Positions 50,848 through 60,137 of a DNA stretch of 64,000 nt are shown in pieces. The notes beneath the pieces are model-generated. The model was given only the letters and a program-made list of their open reading frames with translations, was not told the origin of the DNA and did no database searches. Source of the stretch: Flavobacteriales bacterium (GTDB taxonomy: Bacteria > Bacteroidota > Bacteroidia > Flavobacteriales > UBA7312); contig JBMHCD010000005.1 in the NCBI GenBank assembly GCA_049890095.1, positions 92,174-156,173 of the forward strand, written 5' to 3'. A program made the translations under genes and the position numbers. How positions within the stretch are numbered: position 1 is the first letter of the stretch; the number at the start of each line of letters is the position of its first letter.

Positions 50848-51280
50848 CTCTTTCGATATCTCTTTTTATGTCCTTCTTTTTTAGATCTTCACGCTTGTCG
50901 TATAATTTTTTTCCTTTGGCTAAAGCAATTTCAATTTTTGCCCAGCCCTTATCATTTATAAATAATTTCAAAGGAACGATAGTTAGGCCAACATCTTTTA
51001 GTTTTTTTTGAAGTTTGTCTAGTTCTTGTTTATTTAGTAGAAGTTTTCGGTCTCTTTTTGGTTGATGGTTTGCATAACTTCCGAATTTGTATTCATCAAT
51101 TTGCATTCCAGTAATGTAAAGTTCATTTTCTCTAAAATTACAAAATGAGTCGGTAATATTTACTTTTCCTAATCGAATAGACTTTATTTCTGTACCACTT
51201 AATTGGATTCCAGCTACAAATTTGTCGAGTAGATGAAATTCAAATCGAGCTTTTTTATTTTGAATATTAACCGATTTCAT
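50837..51280 (-). CDS. smpB: SsrA-binding protein
   Basis: NKKAxxEYxxxxxxEAGIxLxGTEIKS-like N-terminus and a basic C-terminal tail. 147 aa. Confidence 0.95.
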   Translation of the reverse strand: MKSVNIQNKKARFEFHLLDKFVAGIQLSGTEIKSIRLGKVNITDSFCNFRENELYITGMQIDEYKFGSYANHQPKRDRKLLLNKQELDKLQKKLKDVGLTIVPLKLFINDKGWAKIEIALAKGKKLYDKREDLKKKDIKRDIERAKK

Positions 51281-51284
51281 TTTT

Positions 51285-51292
51285 CAAAGTTA
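51285..51292 (-). promoter_or_regulatory. candidate -7 box (TAACTTTG) for smpB
   Basis: Exact TAnnTTTG on the minus strand, 4 nt upstream of the ATG at 51280, within the 18-nt gap after the ZIP gene. Confidence 0.3.
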
Positions 51293-51298
51293 CATCAA

Positions 51299-52159
51299 TT
51301 ATCCTAATGCAACATCCAATATCATCATAACTATAAACCCGCCAATCAGACCCATAGTAGCTAAATCTGTATTACCACCACTTTGGCTTTCTGGTATTAC
51401 CTCTTCAACAACAATAAAAATCATTGCCCCTGCAGAAAATGCTAGAGCATATGGTAAAATAGGTAATGCATAAATTACGGCACTAGCTCCAATTACAGCG
51501 AAAATAGGTTCAACTATAGCAGACATTTGACCCCATCTCCAACTTTTCAGTTTACTAACTCCTTGTCTTCTAAGTGGCATAGAAACAGCAAATCCTTCTG
51601 GAAAATTTTGTATTCCAATTCCAATTGCTAATGCAATAGCAGAGCCAATCGTAAAAACAGATTCAGTTCCTAGTCCAACTAATTCTGGAGATGCAATAGC
51701 ACCAAATGCTACTCCAACAGCTAAGCCCTCAGGGATGTTGTGTAGAGCAATTGCTAAAACAAGAAGCACCGTTTTTCGCCATTTTGTAGGTACACCTTCT
51801 GCTTCTTCTATTTTTTTAAACAAATGTAAGTGAGGTATTATTTTATCTAGACCAAAAAGAAAAAGTGCTCCTAAGAAAAAACCAATTGCAGGAGGAAACC
51901 AATTAGGAAGGTCTGATAAACCTAATTCATTTTGCATTTCCACATATGCTATTGCAGGAGATAATAATGACCAGAAACTAGCCGCTATCATAACCCCACC
52001 AGTAAAACCTAATGAGGTATCAAGGACTTTTCGGTTGCTTTTTTTGAAGAATACTACTAATGCAGCACCTAATGCGGTTAGTGTCCATGTAAAAAGACCT
52101 GCTAATAGCGACTGTAAAATAGGGTTTTGGATAATAAACCAGTTATATAAATTTGTCAT
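51299..52159 (-). CDS. ZIP-family divalent metal transporter (ZupT/GufA-like)
   Basis: Eight-TM protein. The motifs HNIPEGLAVG and QNFPEGFAV are diagnostic of ZIP transporters. Confidence 0.85.
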   Translation of the reverse strand: MTNLYNWFIIQNPILQSLLAGLFTWTLTALGAALVVFFKKSNRKVLDTSLGFTGGVMIAASFWSLLSPAIAYVEMQNELGLSDLPNWFPPAIGFFLGALFLFGLDKIIPHLHLFKKIEEAEGVPTKWRKTVLLVLAIALHNIPEGLAVGVAFGAIASPELVGLGTESVFTIGSAIALAIGIGIQNFPEGFAVSMPLRRQGVSKLKSWRWGQMSAIVEPIFAVIGASAVIYALPILPYALAFSAGAMIFIVVEEVIPESQSGGNTDLATMGLIGGFIVMMILDVALG

Positions 52160-52815
52160 TTTCTTTGTTTTATTAATATGTTTTTTGCGACTTCAGAGCT
52201 TATATGAGTAATCTCATGTTCAATTTTGATGTTCAAAGAATTATCGAATTCTATTTTTGATAACACTGTAATTTTAGTGCCAATTTTGATTTTTAAACTA
52301 TCTAAATATTTTAAAAATTGAGGATTATCTTGGGCAACACCTACAATTACTCCTTTTTCATTTTCATTGAGGTCGAAAATGGGGGTTGAAAATTGTTCAG
52401 GAAATATTCCATTTTTGTCAGGAATAGGTTCTCCATGAGGATCTTGTTGTGGGAAACCCAAGAATAAATCTAATGAGTCAATTAATTTTTTAGATTTTAC
52501 ATGCTCTAATTGTTCGGCAATTTCGTGAACTTCATCCCATTGAAAATTTAGCTTAGTTACCAAGAAGACTTCCCATAACCTGTGTTTTCTTATTACTTGT
52601 ATTGCTGTTGAATATCCTGTTTTTGATAGTTTTGCTCCAAAGTACGGTTGATATTCGATTAACCCTTTTTTTGTTAGTTTTTTTATCATTTCTGTAACAG
52701 AAGATGATTTTGTTTTAAGTTCTTGAGCAATAGAACTTGTAGAGACAGATTTAATATTATTGTTTGATAATTTCAAAACTGTTTTTAAATAATTTTCTTC
52801 TGCTAATGTTATCAT
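52156..52815 (-). CDS. DtxR/MntR-family metal-dependent transcriptional regulator with C-terminal FeoA/SH3-like domain
   Basis: ExYLKTVLKL wHTH N-terminus and a RKHRLWExFL dimerisation/metal-site region. It overlaps the ZIP gene by 4 nt. The start is set at ATG 52815 because a -7 box covers the TTG at 52821. Confidence 0.85.
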   Translation of the reverse strand: MITLAEENYLKTVLKLSNNNIKSVSTSSIAQELKTKSSSVTEMIKKLTKKGLIEYQPYFGAKLSKTGYSTAIQVIRKHRLWEVFLVTKLNFQWDEVHEIAEQLEHVKSKKLIDSLDLFLGFPQQDPHGEPIPDKNGIFPEQFSTPIFDLNENEKGVIVGVAQDNPQFLKYLDSLKIKIGTKITVLSKIEFDNSLNIKIEHEITHISSEVAKNILIKQRK

Positions 52816-52818
52816 ATG

Positions 52819-52826
52819 CAAATATA
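52819..52826 (-). promoter_or_regulatory. candidate -7 box (TATATTTG) for the regulator-ZIP operon
   Basis: Exact TAnnTTTG on the minus strand, 3 nt upstream of the ATG at 52815. Confidence 0.35.
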
Positions 52827-52850
52827 ATACAATATAAGCTAAATATATTT

Positions 52851-52864
52851 TTAGGCTAGACTAA
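52851..52864. promoter_or_regulatory. candidate DtxR-family operator (TTAGGCTAGACTAA)
   Basis: Imperfect palindrome, self-complementary at 12 of 14 positions. It matches 12 of 14 positions of the TTAGGTTAGCCTAA core of the DtxR/IdeR consensus. It lies in the divergent intergenic region about 36-50 nt upstream of the regulator start. Confidence 0.3.
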
Positions 52865-52900
52865 TTTTTTTATATATATTAAAATTATAAATTTACAAAC

Positions 52901-53347
52901 ATGGTAAGATGGAAATTTAGTTCGTTTGAACGATTGACAAAGAAGGAGTTGCATCAAATTTTTATTTTAAGGCAAAGAGTTTTTATTGTAGAGCAAAATT
53001 GTCCTTATTTAGACGCAGATACAAAAGATTTGGATTCATTTCATTTGATGGGTTTTGACAAGGCAAATAATTTAATAGCTTATTTAAGATTAGTTAAAGC
53101 TGGAATAAGTTATAAGGAGCCATCTTTTGGAAGAATTGTTGTAGCTCCTGAAAATAGACAAATCGGTTTAGGTGGGTTGCTAATGCAAGAAGGTATAAGA
53201 CGATCTATAAATTTGCTGGGTTCGGCAACAAATAGAATTTCAGCTCAATCTCATTTAGTACCATTTTATGAGAAATTTGGATTTGTTTCTACAAACAAAG
53301 AATATTTAGAGGATAATATTCCTCACACTGAAATGATTAAGCAATAA
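52901..53347 (+). CDS. GNAT-family N-acetyltransferase (ElaA-like)
   Basis: 148 aa. ELHQIFxLRQxVFIVEQNCPYxDxD is typical of ElaA-type GNATs, and RxxGxG-like RQIGLGG is present. Confidence 0.75.
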   Translation: MVRWKFSSFERLTKKELHQIFILRQRVFIVEQNCPYLDADTKDLDSFHLMGFDKANNLIAYLRLVKAGISYKEPSFGRIVVAPENRQIGLGGLLMQEGIRRSINLLGSATNRISAQSHLVPFYEKFGFVSTNKEYLEDNIPHTEMIKQ

Positions 53348-53349
53348 GT

Positions 53350-53844
53350 TTACTGTAAATAAACGGATTCATTTTTTCCTAAATCAACAGTTACATGTTC
53401 TTGCATAGTTGTGGATAATGAAACTCCAACTACATCTGCTTTGATTGGGAATTTCCTGTAATTTCTATTGATTAAAACAGCAGTCATTAGTTTTTTTACA
53501 TTCTGATTTAAAAAATATTGGCAACTGTAAATTAATGTTTTCCCAGAGTTTAAGACATCATCAACAAGGACAATATTTTTACCGGTTAAGGATTCGTTAT
53601 TATCAATTTGGACATTATTATTTAAAGGGTCATTTTTATCTATTTCTAGTTTTACTAGAGAAATATTCAGATTGCAAATATTTTTTAAATTTTCACTTAA
53701 TCTTTTTGCTAAAATATATCCTTGGGAATGGATTCCAGCAATGACAATATTTTTTTCTGTATTGTTTTTCTCATAGATTTCCCATGCCATTCGAACGATT
53801 TTCTGTTCTATTTGGTGTTGTTCTAGTACTTTTGTTTTACTCAT
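53350..53844 (-). CDS. phosphoribosyltransferase-family protein (PyrR-like)
   Basis: PRPP-binding loop VLVDDVLNSGKT. The size and N-terminal pattern resemble PyrR/uracil PRTase regulators. Confidence 0.7.
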   Translation of the reverse strand: MSKTKVLEQHQIEQKIVRMAWEIYEKNNTEKNIVIAGIHSQGYILAKRLSENLKNICNLNISLVKLEIDKNDPLNNNVQIDNNESLTGKNIVLVDDVLNSGKTLIYSCQYFLNQNVKKLMTAVLINRNYRKFPIKADVVGVSLSTTMQEHVTVDLGKNESVYLQ

Positions 53845-53861
53845 ATCTTTGTCTTGTTTTG

Positions 53862-54452
53862 CTAAGTTAATGAATCTAAATTTTGGAATCTAAAAAAAAG
53901 CTCTTTTCCTTTTCTTGCTTCTATGGAGTTAGGCGATAATTCGAGTTGTAAAATTTTGAATTCAGTTTCAAATAGGTCTTTATATTCTTTTAATGTGCTA
54001 CCAAAAGGGGGATGATCATTTTTAAAATCAAAATCGAATAAAAGGCCACAAATAAATCCATTTTCATTTAATATAGATTTACAATGAGAAACATATTTTT
54101 TTCTTAAATCAGGATCAAGAGCACAAAAGAAAGTTTGTTCAATAATTAAATCATATTTTAAATTATGTTCAAAAAAATTTTGATTAAAAATTTTATTTGA
54201 AGGAAAGTCTGGCACTCTTTTTTTGAAATTATTTAGAGCAATTTCTGATAAGTCAACAATAGATACATTCTTAAATCCATTTAAATGGAGGTATTCTGCT
54301 TCGTAAGCATGACCACATCCTGGAATTAATATAGATTGTTCTTTGTTTTTAAGTTTATTAATAAATAATTTTAAAGGATGTGAAATGTGTCCAATATCCC
54401 AACCTGTTTGTTTTTCTTTATATCTATTTTCCCAAAAATGTCTGTCTAACAT
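53862..54452 (-). CDS. TPMT-family SAM-dependent methyltransferase
   Basis: FWENRYxxxxTGWD N-terminus and LIPGCGHAYE motif I. 196 aa. Confidence 0.7.
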   Translation of the reverse strand: MLDRHFWENRYKEKQTGWDIGHISHPLKLFINKLKNKEQSILIPGCGHAYEAEYLHLNGFKNVSIVDLSEIALNNFKKRVPDFPSNKIFNQNFFEHNLKYDLIIEQTFFCALDPDLRKKYVSHCKSILNENGFICGLLFDFDFKNDHPPFGSTLKEYKDLFETEFKILQLELSPNSIEARKGKELFFRFQNLDSLT

Positions 54453-54453
54453 A

Positions 54454-55863
54454 TTATCTTCTTTCGAGTAAAACTACATTTTCAACATGAAAGGTTTGAG
54501 GAAACATATCTACAGGTTGAACTTTAGTAACTTTATAATGTTCATTCATTAAACTTAAATCTCTTGCTTGTGTACTTGGATTACAGCTTACATAAACTAT
54601 TTTTTTTGGATTTATATCTAGTAATTGTCCTATAACTTTTTTATGCATACCATCTCTAGGAGGGTCTGTTATGACTATATCTGGATATCCGTTATTATTT
54701 ACAAATTCTTGACTAAATATTTCTTTCATGTCCCCAACATAAAAATGACAATTGTCAATGTTGTTTGCTATTGCATTTTCCTTGGCTGCTTCTATTGCCT
54801 CAGGAACAGATTCTACTCCTACAACTTTTTTTGCATCATTGGCAACAAATTGAGCAATTGTTCCTGTGCCTGTATACAAATCGTATACAATATCGTCTTT
54901 ACTGATTTGTGCAAATGAACGAGTTATTTTGTATAATTCATAAGCTTGTTTGGAGTTTGTTTGATAAAAAGACTTTGGACCAATTTTAAATTTTAATCCT
55001 TCCATTTCTTCATATATAAATGTTTCTCCTTCATATGTAATGATATCTAAATCAAAAATAGTTTCATTTCCTTTAGGATTTATAGTGTATAAAAGGGATG
55101 TTATCTGAGGAAACTTCTGATACAAGTGTTTAAGTAAATTTTCAATTTTTTCAGTTTGATTATTGAAAAACTGTACTAAAACCATAATTTGACCATTACT
55201 GCTCATTCTTATAGTTAGATTTCTTAGAAATCCTTCCTTCTGATTAATATCAAAAAAAGAAAGATTATTTTCTATAGCATAATTTCTAACCGCTTTTCTT
55301 ATTTCATTGGATGGTTCCGCTTGTAAATGGCATTTGTTGATATCAATTACTTTATCCCAAAATCCAGCAACTCTAAAGCCTACACCATTTCTATTTTTTA
55401 TTTCTTCACCATTTTCAGATTCTTCTTTGGTTATCCATCTTCTATTAGTGAATGCAAAATCCATTTTATTTCTGTAATTAAATTCCTCTTCACAACCAAT
55501 AATTTCAGATAATTCGGGTAGTTCTATTCCTCCAATACGACTTAATGAATCGTATACTTCTTTTTCTTTATAATATAATTGGTGTTTATATTCCATAAAT
55601 TGCCATTTGCAACCACCACATAATCCAAAATGTTCACATTTTGGTTCTCTTCTTTTATCAGAGTAATGATGAAATTTTACGGGTTTTCCTTCTAAAAATG
55701 ATCTTCTTTTTTTGTGAACTAGTACATCACAAATATCTCCTGGTACAGCACCTTCAACAAACAATATTAATCCATTATCTAATCTTGTAATTGCTTTGCC
55801 TTTTGCCCCTGCATCGCTAATTACTATATTCTCTAACAAGATTTTCTTTTTCTTTCTTCCCAT
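54454..55863 (-). CDS. rlmD: 23S rRNA (uracil-C5)-methyltransferase, RlmD/RumA family
   Basis: N-terminal TRAM-like domain, Fe-S Cys cluster CEHFGLCGGCKWQ, FYQTN, DPPRxG and a catalytic VSCNP motif. Confidence 0.85.
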   Translation of the reverse strand: MGRKKKKILLENIVISDAGAKGKAITRLDNGLILFVEGAVPGDICDVLVHKKRRSFLEGKPVKFHHYSDKRREPKCEHFGLCGGCKWQFMEYKHQLYYKEKEVYDSLSRIGGIELPELSEIIGCEEEFNYRNKMDFAFTNRRWITKEESENGEEIKNRNGVGFRVAGFWDKVIDINKCHLQAEPSNEIRKAVRNYAIENNLSFFDINQKEGFLRNLTIRMSSNGQIMVLVQFFNNQTEKIENLLKHLYQKFPQITSLLYTINPKGNETIFDLDIITYEGETFIYEEMEGLKFKIGPKSFYQTNSKQAYELYKITRSFAQISKDDIVYDLYTGTGTIAQFVANDAKKVVGVESVPEAIEAAKENAIANNIDNCHFYVGDMKEIFSQEFVNNNGYPDIVITDPPRDGMHKKVIGQLLDINPKKIVYVSCNPSTQARDLSLMNEHYKVTKVQPVDMFPQTFHVENVVLLERR

Positions 55864-55867
55864 GCTA

Positions 55868-55875
55868 CAAAGATA
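55868..55875 (-). promoter_or_regulatory. candidate -7 box (TATCTTTG) for rlmD
   Basis: Exact TAnnTTTG on the minus strand, 4 nt upstream of the ATG at 55863. Confidence 0.35.
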
Positions 55876-55930
55876 GAATAATAGTTAACCATAACGCATT
55901 ATTCAATTGTTCATTACCATCAATTTTTTT

Positions 55931-55938
55931 TAAATTTG
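55931..55938 (+). promoter_or_regulatory. candidate -7 box (TAAATTTG) for rocD
   Basis: Exact TAnnTTTG, 18 nt upstream of the ATG at 55957. It overlaps the ORF-track TTG start at 55936. Confidence 0.35.
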
Positions 55939-55956
55939 CGTGATAAAATCATAATC

Positions 55957-57186
55957 ATGTATACATCCAAAGAATTAATTGAAATAGAAGAAAAGTTTGG
56001 TGCCCATAATTACCACCCACTACCAGTTGTGTTATCGAAAGGGGAAGGAGTATTTGTATGGGACGTAGAAGGTAAAAAATATTTTGATTTTTTATCAGCT
56101 TATTCTGCTGTAAATCAGGGTCACTGCCATCCAAAAATAATAAAGGCATTGAATGATCAAGCATCTACATTAACTCTAACTTCTAGAGCATTTCATAATA
56201 ATATTCTTGGTCAATATGAGAAATTTATCACTTCCTTGTTCGGTTATGATAAAGTGTTGCCAATGAATACAGGAGTAGAAGGAGGTGAAACAGCTAACAA
56301 ACTTGCTAGAAAATGGGGTTATCTTAAAAAAGGTATTCCTGAAGATAAAGCTAGAATTATTTTTGCAAAAGGGAATTTTTGGGGTAGAACATTAGCAGCA
56401 ATTTCTAGCTCAGATGACCCTACTTCTTACACTGGTTTTGGACCATTTATGCCAGGATATGATCTTATTCCATACAATGACTTAGAATCATTGGAGCAAG
56501 AGTTGAAAGATCCAAATGTTGCAGCTTTTATGGTAGAGCCCATTCAAGGAGAAGCTGGTGTAGTTGTTCCTGACGAAGGATATTTAGCAGGAGTACGACA
56601 GCTTTGTACTAAATACAATGTTTTATTCATTGCTGATGAAGTACAAACAGGAATTGCAAGAACTGGTAAGATGTTGGCTACTGATTTTGAAGATGCAAGG
56701 CCTGATATTCTTATTTTAGGAAAAGCACTTTCTGGAGGTGTTTTACCTGTTTCGGCTGTTTTAGCAGATGATGATGTAATGTTATGCATAAAAGCTGGTG
56801 AGCATGGGTCAACTTTCGGTGGTAACCCCTTAGCTTGCAAGGTTGCTCAAGCTGCTCTCGAGGTTGTTGTAGAAGAAGATTTAGCTAAAAATGCAGAAAC
56901 ACTTGGTATTGTTTTTCGTGATGAATTAAATAGAAGATTCGAAAATATTGATATTGTAAAGTTAGTTAGAGGAAAGGGACTTTTAAATGCAATTGTTATA
57001 AATGATACTGAAGATAGTTCTACAGCTTGGGATATTTGTATTAAATTAAGAGATAATGGATTATTAGCAAAGCCTACTCATGGAAATATAATTCGTTTTG
57101 CACCTCCTTTGGTTATTGATGAAAATCAATTATTTGAATGTATTGATATAATAGAACAAACAATCTTAATTTTTAATTCAAAATAA
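55957..57186 (+). CDS. rocD: ornithine--oxo-acid aminotransferase
   Basis: [23 protein letters not shown], DEVQTGxxRTG and the PLP-lysine context LGKALSGG. Confidence 0.9.
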   Translation: MYTSKELIEIEEKFGAHNYHPLPVVLSKGEGVFVWDVEGKKYFDFLSAYSAVNQGHCHPKIIKALNDQASTLTLTSRAFHNNILGQYEKFITSLFGYDKVLPMNTGVEGGETANKLARKWGYLKKGIPEDKARIIFAKGNFWGRTLAAISSSDDPTSYTGFGPFMPGYDLIPYNDLESLEQELKDPNVAAFMVEPIQGEAGVVVPDEGYLAGVRQLCTKYNVLFIADEVQTGIARTGKMLATDFEDARPDILILGKALSGGVLPVSAVLADDDVMLCIKAGEHGSTFGGNPLACKVAQAALEVVVEEDLAKNAETLGIVFRDELNRRFENIDIVKLVRGKGLLNAIVINDTEDSSTAWDICIKLRDNGLLAKPTHGNIIRFAPPLVIDENQLFECIDIIEQTILIFNSK

Positions 57187-57192
57187 AATGTG

Positions 57193-57200
57193 TAATTTTG
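57193..57200 (+). promoter_or_regulatory. candidate -7 box (TAATTTTG) for the Cys-rich/TonB module
   Basis: Exact TAnnTTTG, 4 nt upstream of the ATG at 57205, in the 18-nt gap after rocD. Confidence 0.3.
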
Positions 57201-57204
57201 GTAT

Positions 57205-57606
57205 ATGTTAAAGCAATATTTAAAATATTTTGCTGTACTAGTTTCATTATTTGTGCTTTTTACTAATGTTGGATTTTCTGTTTTAGAAAAAAGCAAAGAT
57301 TATAAAGAAATTTCTGTTTGTTGTAATGTTGAGGTTTTAAAAAATAATTGTTGTGAGTATATAGAAACTTGTAGTACTACATGTACCAACGGATGTTGTT
57401 GTACAGAGGATCAACAAACGATTCAATTTTTGTATAATGTTCCTGTTGATAACAATAAAAAAGAATTGGCTATTTTTCCTTCGACCACTTCTTTAAGTTT
57501 TAATACAATATCTTTTACTAATATTTCAGAATGGAAATTGACTTCTGTACCTCCTCCGCCAAACATTAGTAAAAGATTATCTATTTTACAAGTATACCGT
57601 ATTTGA
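57205..57606 (+). CDS. small membrane-anchored Cys-rich protein (resembles the HYC_CC_PP family, divergent)
   Basis: 133 aa with one N-terminal TM. Nine Cys occur within 28 residues (VCC...NNCC...C...C...GCCC), followed by a PPPP motif near the C-terminus. The architecture and its position upstream of a TonB-dependent receptor match my recollection of HYC_CC_PP proteins, but the HYC motif itself is absent. Confidence 0.45.
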   Translation: MLKQYLKYFAVLVSLFVLFTNVGFSVLEKSKDYKEISVCCNVEVLKNNCCEYIETCSTTCTNGCCCTEDQQTIQFLYNVPVDNNKKELAIFPSTTSLSFNTISFTNISEWKLTSVPPPPNISKRLSILQVYRI

Positions 57607-57655
57607 TTATTGAATTTTTTTTAATTCTATTTTTCAATTTTAAATTCAAATACAT

Positions 57656-59809
57656 ATGAAAATACAACTAATAATTTTGGGATTGTTTATTGCAATTACT
57701 TCATATTCTCAAAACATAATAAAAGGCGTTGTTAAAGACGATAAAAATCAAATCCTGACTGGAGCAAATATCGTTCTAAAAAATACTGAAGTTGGTACTA
57801 CAACCGATGAAAATGGCTTATTTTCTTTACAGGTAGCTAACTTACCTCAGGATCTTTCGGTTTCATTTATCGGATTTGAAACTAAAGAAATTAAATTGAC
57901 ATCTAACAAGTTTTTAGAAGTGATCTTAACTACATCAATTTCAATTGATGAAGTTGAGGTTTCATCTAACATTAATTCTTCTGATTTTTCCTTAGTTTCT
58001 AATATTCAAACACAAAAATTAAGTAGAAAAGAATTACAAAAAGCAGCTTGTTGCAATTTGTCGGAAAGTTTTGAAACAAATGCTACAATAGATGTTATTT
58101 TTTCTGATGCTATTTCTGGTGCTAAACAGTTACAAATGTTAGGCTTAGATGGTGTATATACTCAAATAACTCAAGAAAATTTACCTTTAATTAGAGGTAT
58201 TTCTTCTTCTTATGGTTTAGCTCATACTCCAGGAACATGGATTGAGTCTATTCAAATTATAAAAGGATCTGGTTCTGTTGTGAATGGATTTGAATCATTT
58301 ACTGGCCAGATAAATATTAACTATCAAGATTCTGAATCGGCAGATAAATTGTTTTGGAATTCTTATGTAAATTCTAAAGGTAAACTTGAAAATAATTTTC
58401 AGTTAGCAAAAAAGAATGGCGTTTGGAAATCAAATTTATTTATTAGTAATCAATTTCATAATGTGGATATTGATGATAATAATGATGGATTTTTGGATGA
58501 AACTCATTTGAAATCTTTAAACGTTTTAAATAAATGGAGAGCTAATTTTGGAGATAAAAATATTTCTTTTAATGCTCGAGTTATTATTGAAGAAAGAGAA
58601 GGAGGTCAGCTTAAATCATTTGATAACCCTTATTTAGTAAATATTAATAATGAACTTTTTGAAGTTAGTGGAAAGTTTGGTGTTCTAAATAGTGATAATT
58701 GCAATAAAAGTACTGGTACTCAGTATTCTTTGAAAAAACATCACCAATTTGCACAATTTGGGAACAATGTATACGACGGTACACAAGAAAGTATATTCTT
58801 AAATATTATTCGACAAACAGACTTTACAGATAAAAGTCATGTTTTAAAATATGGGTTTAGTTTTTTTGGAGATCGATATATAGAAAGTTTAAACAATCAA
58901 AATCTTGATAGAACAGATTTAATAAGTGGTCTATTTAGCGAATATTCTCATATTCCAAATGATGATTTCACACTTACAGCTGGTTTTCGTACGGATTATC
59001 ACAATAAATTTGGTTTAAACTATTTGCCACGGTTAAATATTAAATATAGCTTTGATCAGGACATGGTAGTTAGACTTTCCTTAGGTAAATCCTTCAGAGT
59101 TTCTAATCCAATTAGTGAAAATTTATCTTTTCTTGCATCCTCACGTACCATATTTATTGATGAAGATTTGAAAGCCGAAAAAGTATGGAATTATGGAATT
59201 AATCTATTTAGAAAATTTGAGTTTTTTTCCAGAGAAGCTTCTTTTAATGCAGATGCTTATCGAACTGATTTTTCTAATCAAATTGTAGTAGATGTTGAAA
59301 CACAATCCGAATTAAAATTCACGAATTTAGAAGGAGAGTCGTATTCTAATAGCTATCAGTTTGATTTTAGTTTTTCACCAATTGATAGATTTGATGTTAA
59401 ATTAGCATATAAAATTAATAGAGTGTATTCTACTTTTGAAAATCAAAAGAAATTAGTGCCACTAACGCCTAAAGACAGATCGTTAATAAATATGTCATAT
59501 TCTTCAAATCATTTAAGAAAATGGATGTTTGATGTTACCGTTAATAGAATAGGAGAGTCTAGGTTACCTAATCATCAATTAATAGATGAAGAATTTTCGG
59601 AGCCGTTTTTTCAGTTAAATTCTCAAATAACAAAAAAATATAGAGTAATTGATTTATATTTAGGCGTAGAAAATGCACTAGATTATACTCAAGAAAATCC
59701 AATATTATCAAGTGAAAATCCAGGAAGTCAAAACTTTGATGCTTCAATAATATGGGCACCAGTGAAAGAAAGACTTTTTTATTTTGGGTTTAGATATAAG
59801 TTAAATTAA
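57656..59809 (+). CDS. TonB-dependent outer-membrane receptor with N-terminal carboxypeptidase-regulatory-like domain
   Basis: Signal peptide, a CarboxypepD_reg-like segment (GVVKDDKNQILTGANIVLKNTEVGTTTDENGLFSL), a plug region containing AACCNLSESFETNA, and a barrel ending in the aromatic C-terminal motif FGFRYKLN. Confidence 0.85.
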   Translation: MKIQLIILGLFIAITSYSQNIIKGVVKDDKNQILTGANIVLKNTEVGTTTDENGLFSLQVANLPQDLSVSFIGFETKEIKLTSNKFLEVILTTSISIDEVEVSSNINSSDFSLVSNIQTQKLSRKELQKAACCNLSESFETNATIDVIFSDAISGAKQLQMLGLDGVYTQITQENLPLIRGISSSYGLAHTPGTWIESIQIIKGSGSVVNGFESFTGQININYQDSESADKLFWNSYVNSKGKLENNFQLAKKNGVWKSNLFISNQFHNVDIDDNNDGFLDETHLKSLNVLNKWRANFGDKNISFNARVIIEEREGGQLKSFDNPYLVNINNELFEVSGKFGVLNSDNCNKSTGTQYSLKKHHQFAQFGNNVYDGTQESIFLNIIRQTDFTDKSHVLKYGFSFFGDRYIESLNNQNLDRTDLISGLFSEYSHIPNDDFTLTAGFRTDYHNKFGLNYLPRLNIKYSFDQDMVVRLSLGKSFRVSNPISENLSFLASSRTIFIDEDLKAEKVWNYGINLFRKFEFFSREASFNADAYRTDFSNQIVVDVETQSELKFTNLEGESYSNSYQFDFSFSPIDRFDVKLAYKINRVYSTFENQKKLVPLTPKDRSLINMSYSSNHLRKWMFDVTVNRIGESRLPNHQLIDEEFSEPFFQLNSQITKKYRVIDLYLGVENALDYTQENPILSSENPGSQNFDASIIWAPVKERLFYFGFRYKLN

Positions 59810-59816
59810 AAAAAAA

Positions 59817-60137
59817 ATGAAAAATTTATTATTAATCACGTTTTTGTTTACTTCTTCGATATTGTTTTCACAAACTATGGAAGTAAAGATAAAATCTTCA
59901 ATACAATGTGAAATGTGTTCGGAAAATATTACCGATGCTCTTTATTTATTAAAAGGGGTTAAATCCATAAAAATAAATTTAGAAGATCAACTTATAAAGG
60001 TAAAGTATAACTCAAAAAAAATGAATATTGAAAAAATAGAAGAGTCGATTACTAAAATAGGATATGATGCTAATAATCGAAAAGCAAATCAGGAAGTTTA
60101 TCAAAATTTACCATATTGTTGTCAAAAACCAGAGTAA
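59817..60137 (+). CDS. secreted heavy-metal-associated (HMA) domain protein
   Basis: Signal peptide, an HMA fold with a CEMC (CxxC) metal site, and a C-terminal LPYCC motif. 106 aa. Confidence 0.8.
   Translation: MKNLLLITFLFTSSILFSQTMEVKIKSSIQCEMCSENITDALYLLKGVKSIKINLEDQLIKVKYNSKKMNIEKIEESITKIGYDANNRKANQEVYQNLPYCCQKPE

Noticed and set aside
1469-59759. Numerous 60-107-aa ORFs antisense to or nested in larger genes, for example 1469..1792, 2322..2930, 4075..4360, 5971..6231, 6200..6466, 9347..9547, 13191..13463, 20432..21573, 26225..26491, 27969..28538, 34262..34511, 38504..38770, 39654..39836, 46498..46692, 48874..49319, 50284..50499, 53535..53744, 54625..55512, 55955..56840, 59568..59759 and 62016..62225.
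   Set aside because: Each is fully overlapped by a longer ORF with clear family motifs. Their compositions (Phe/Leu/Ile/Ser-rich) are what is expected from out-of-frame or antisense reading of AT-rich coding DNA.
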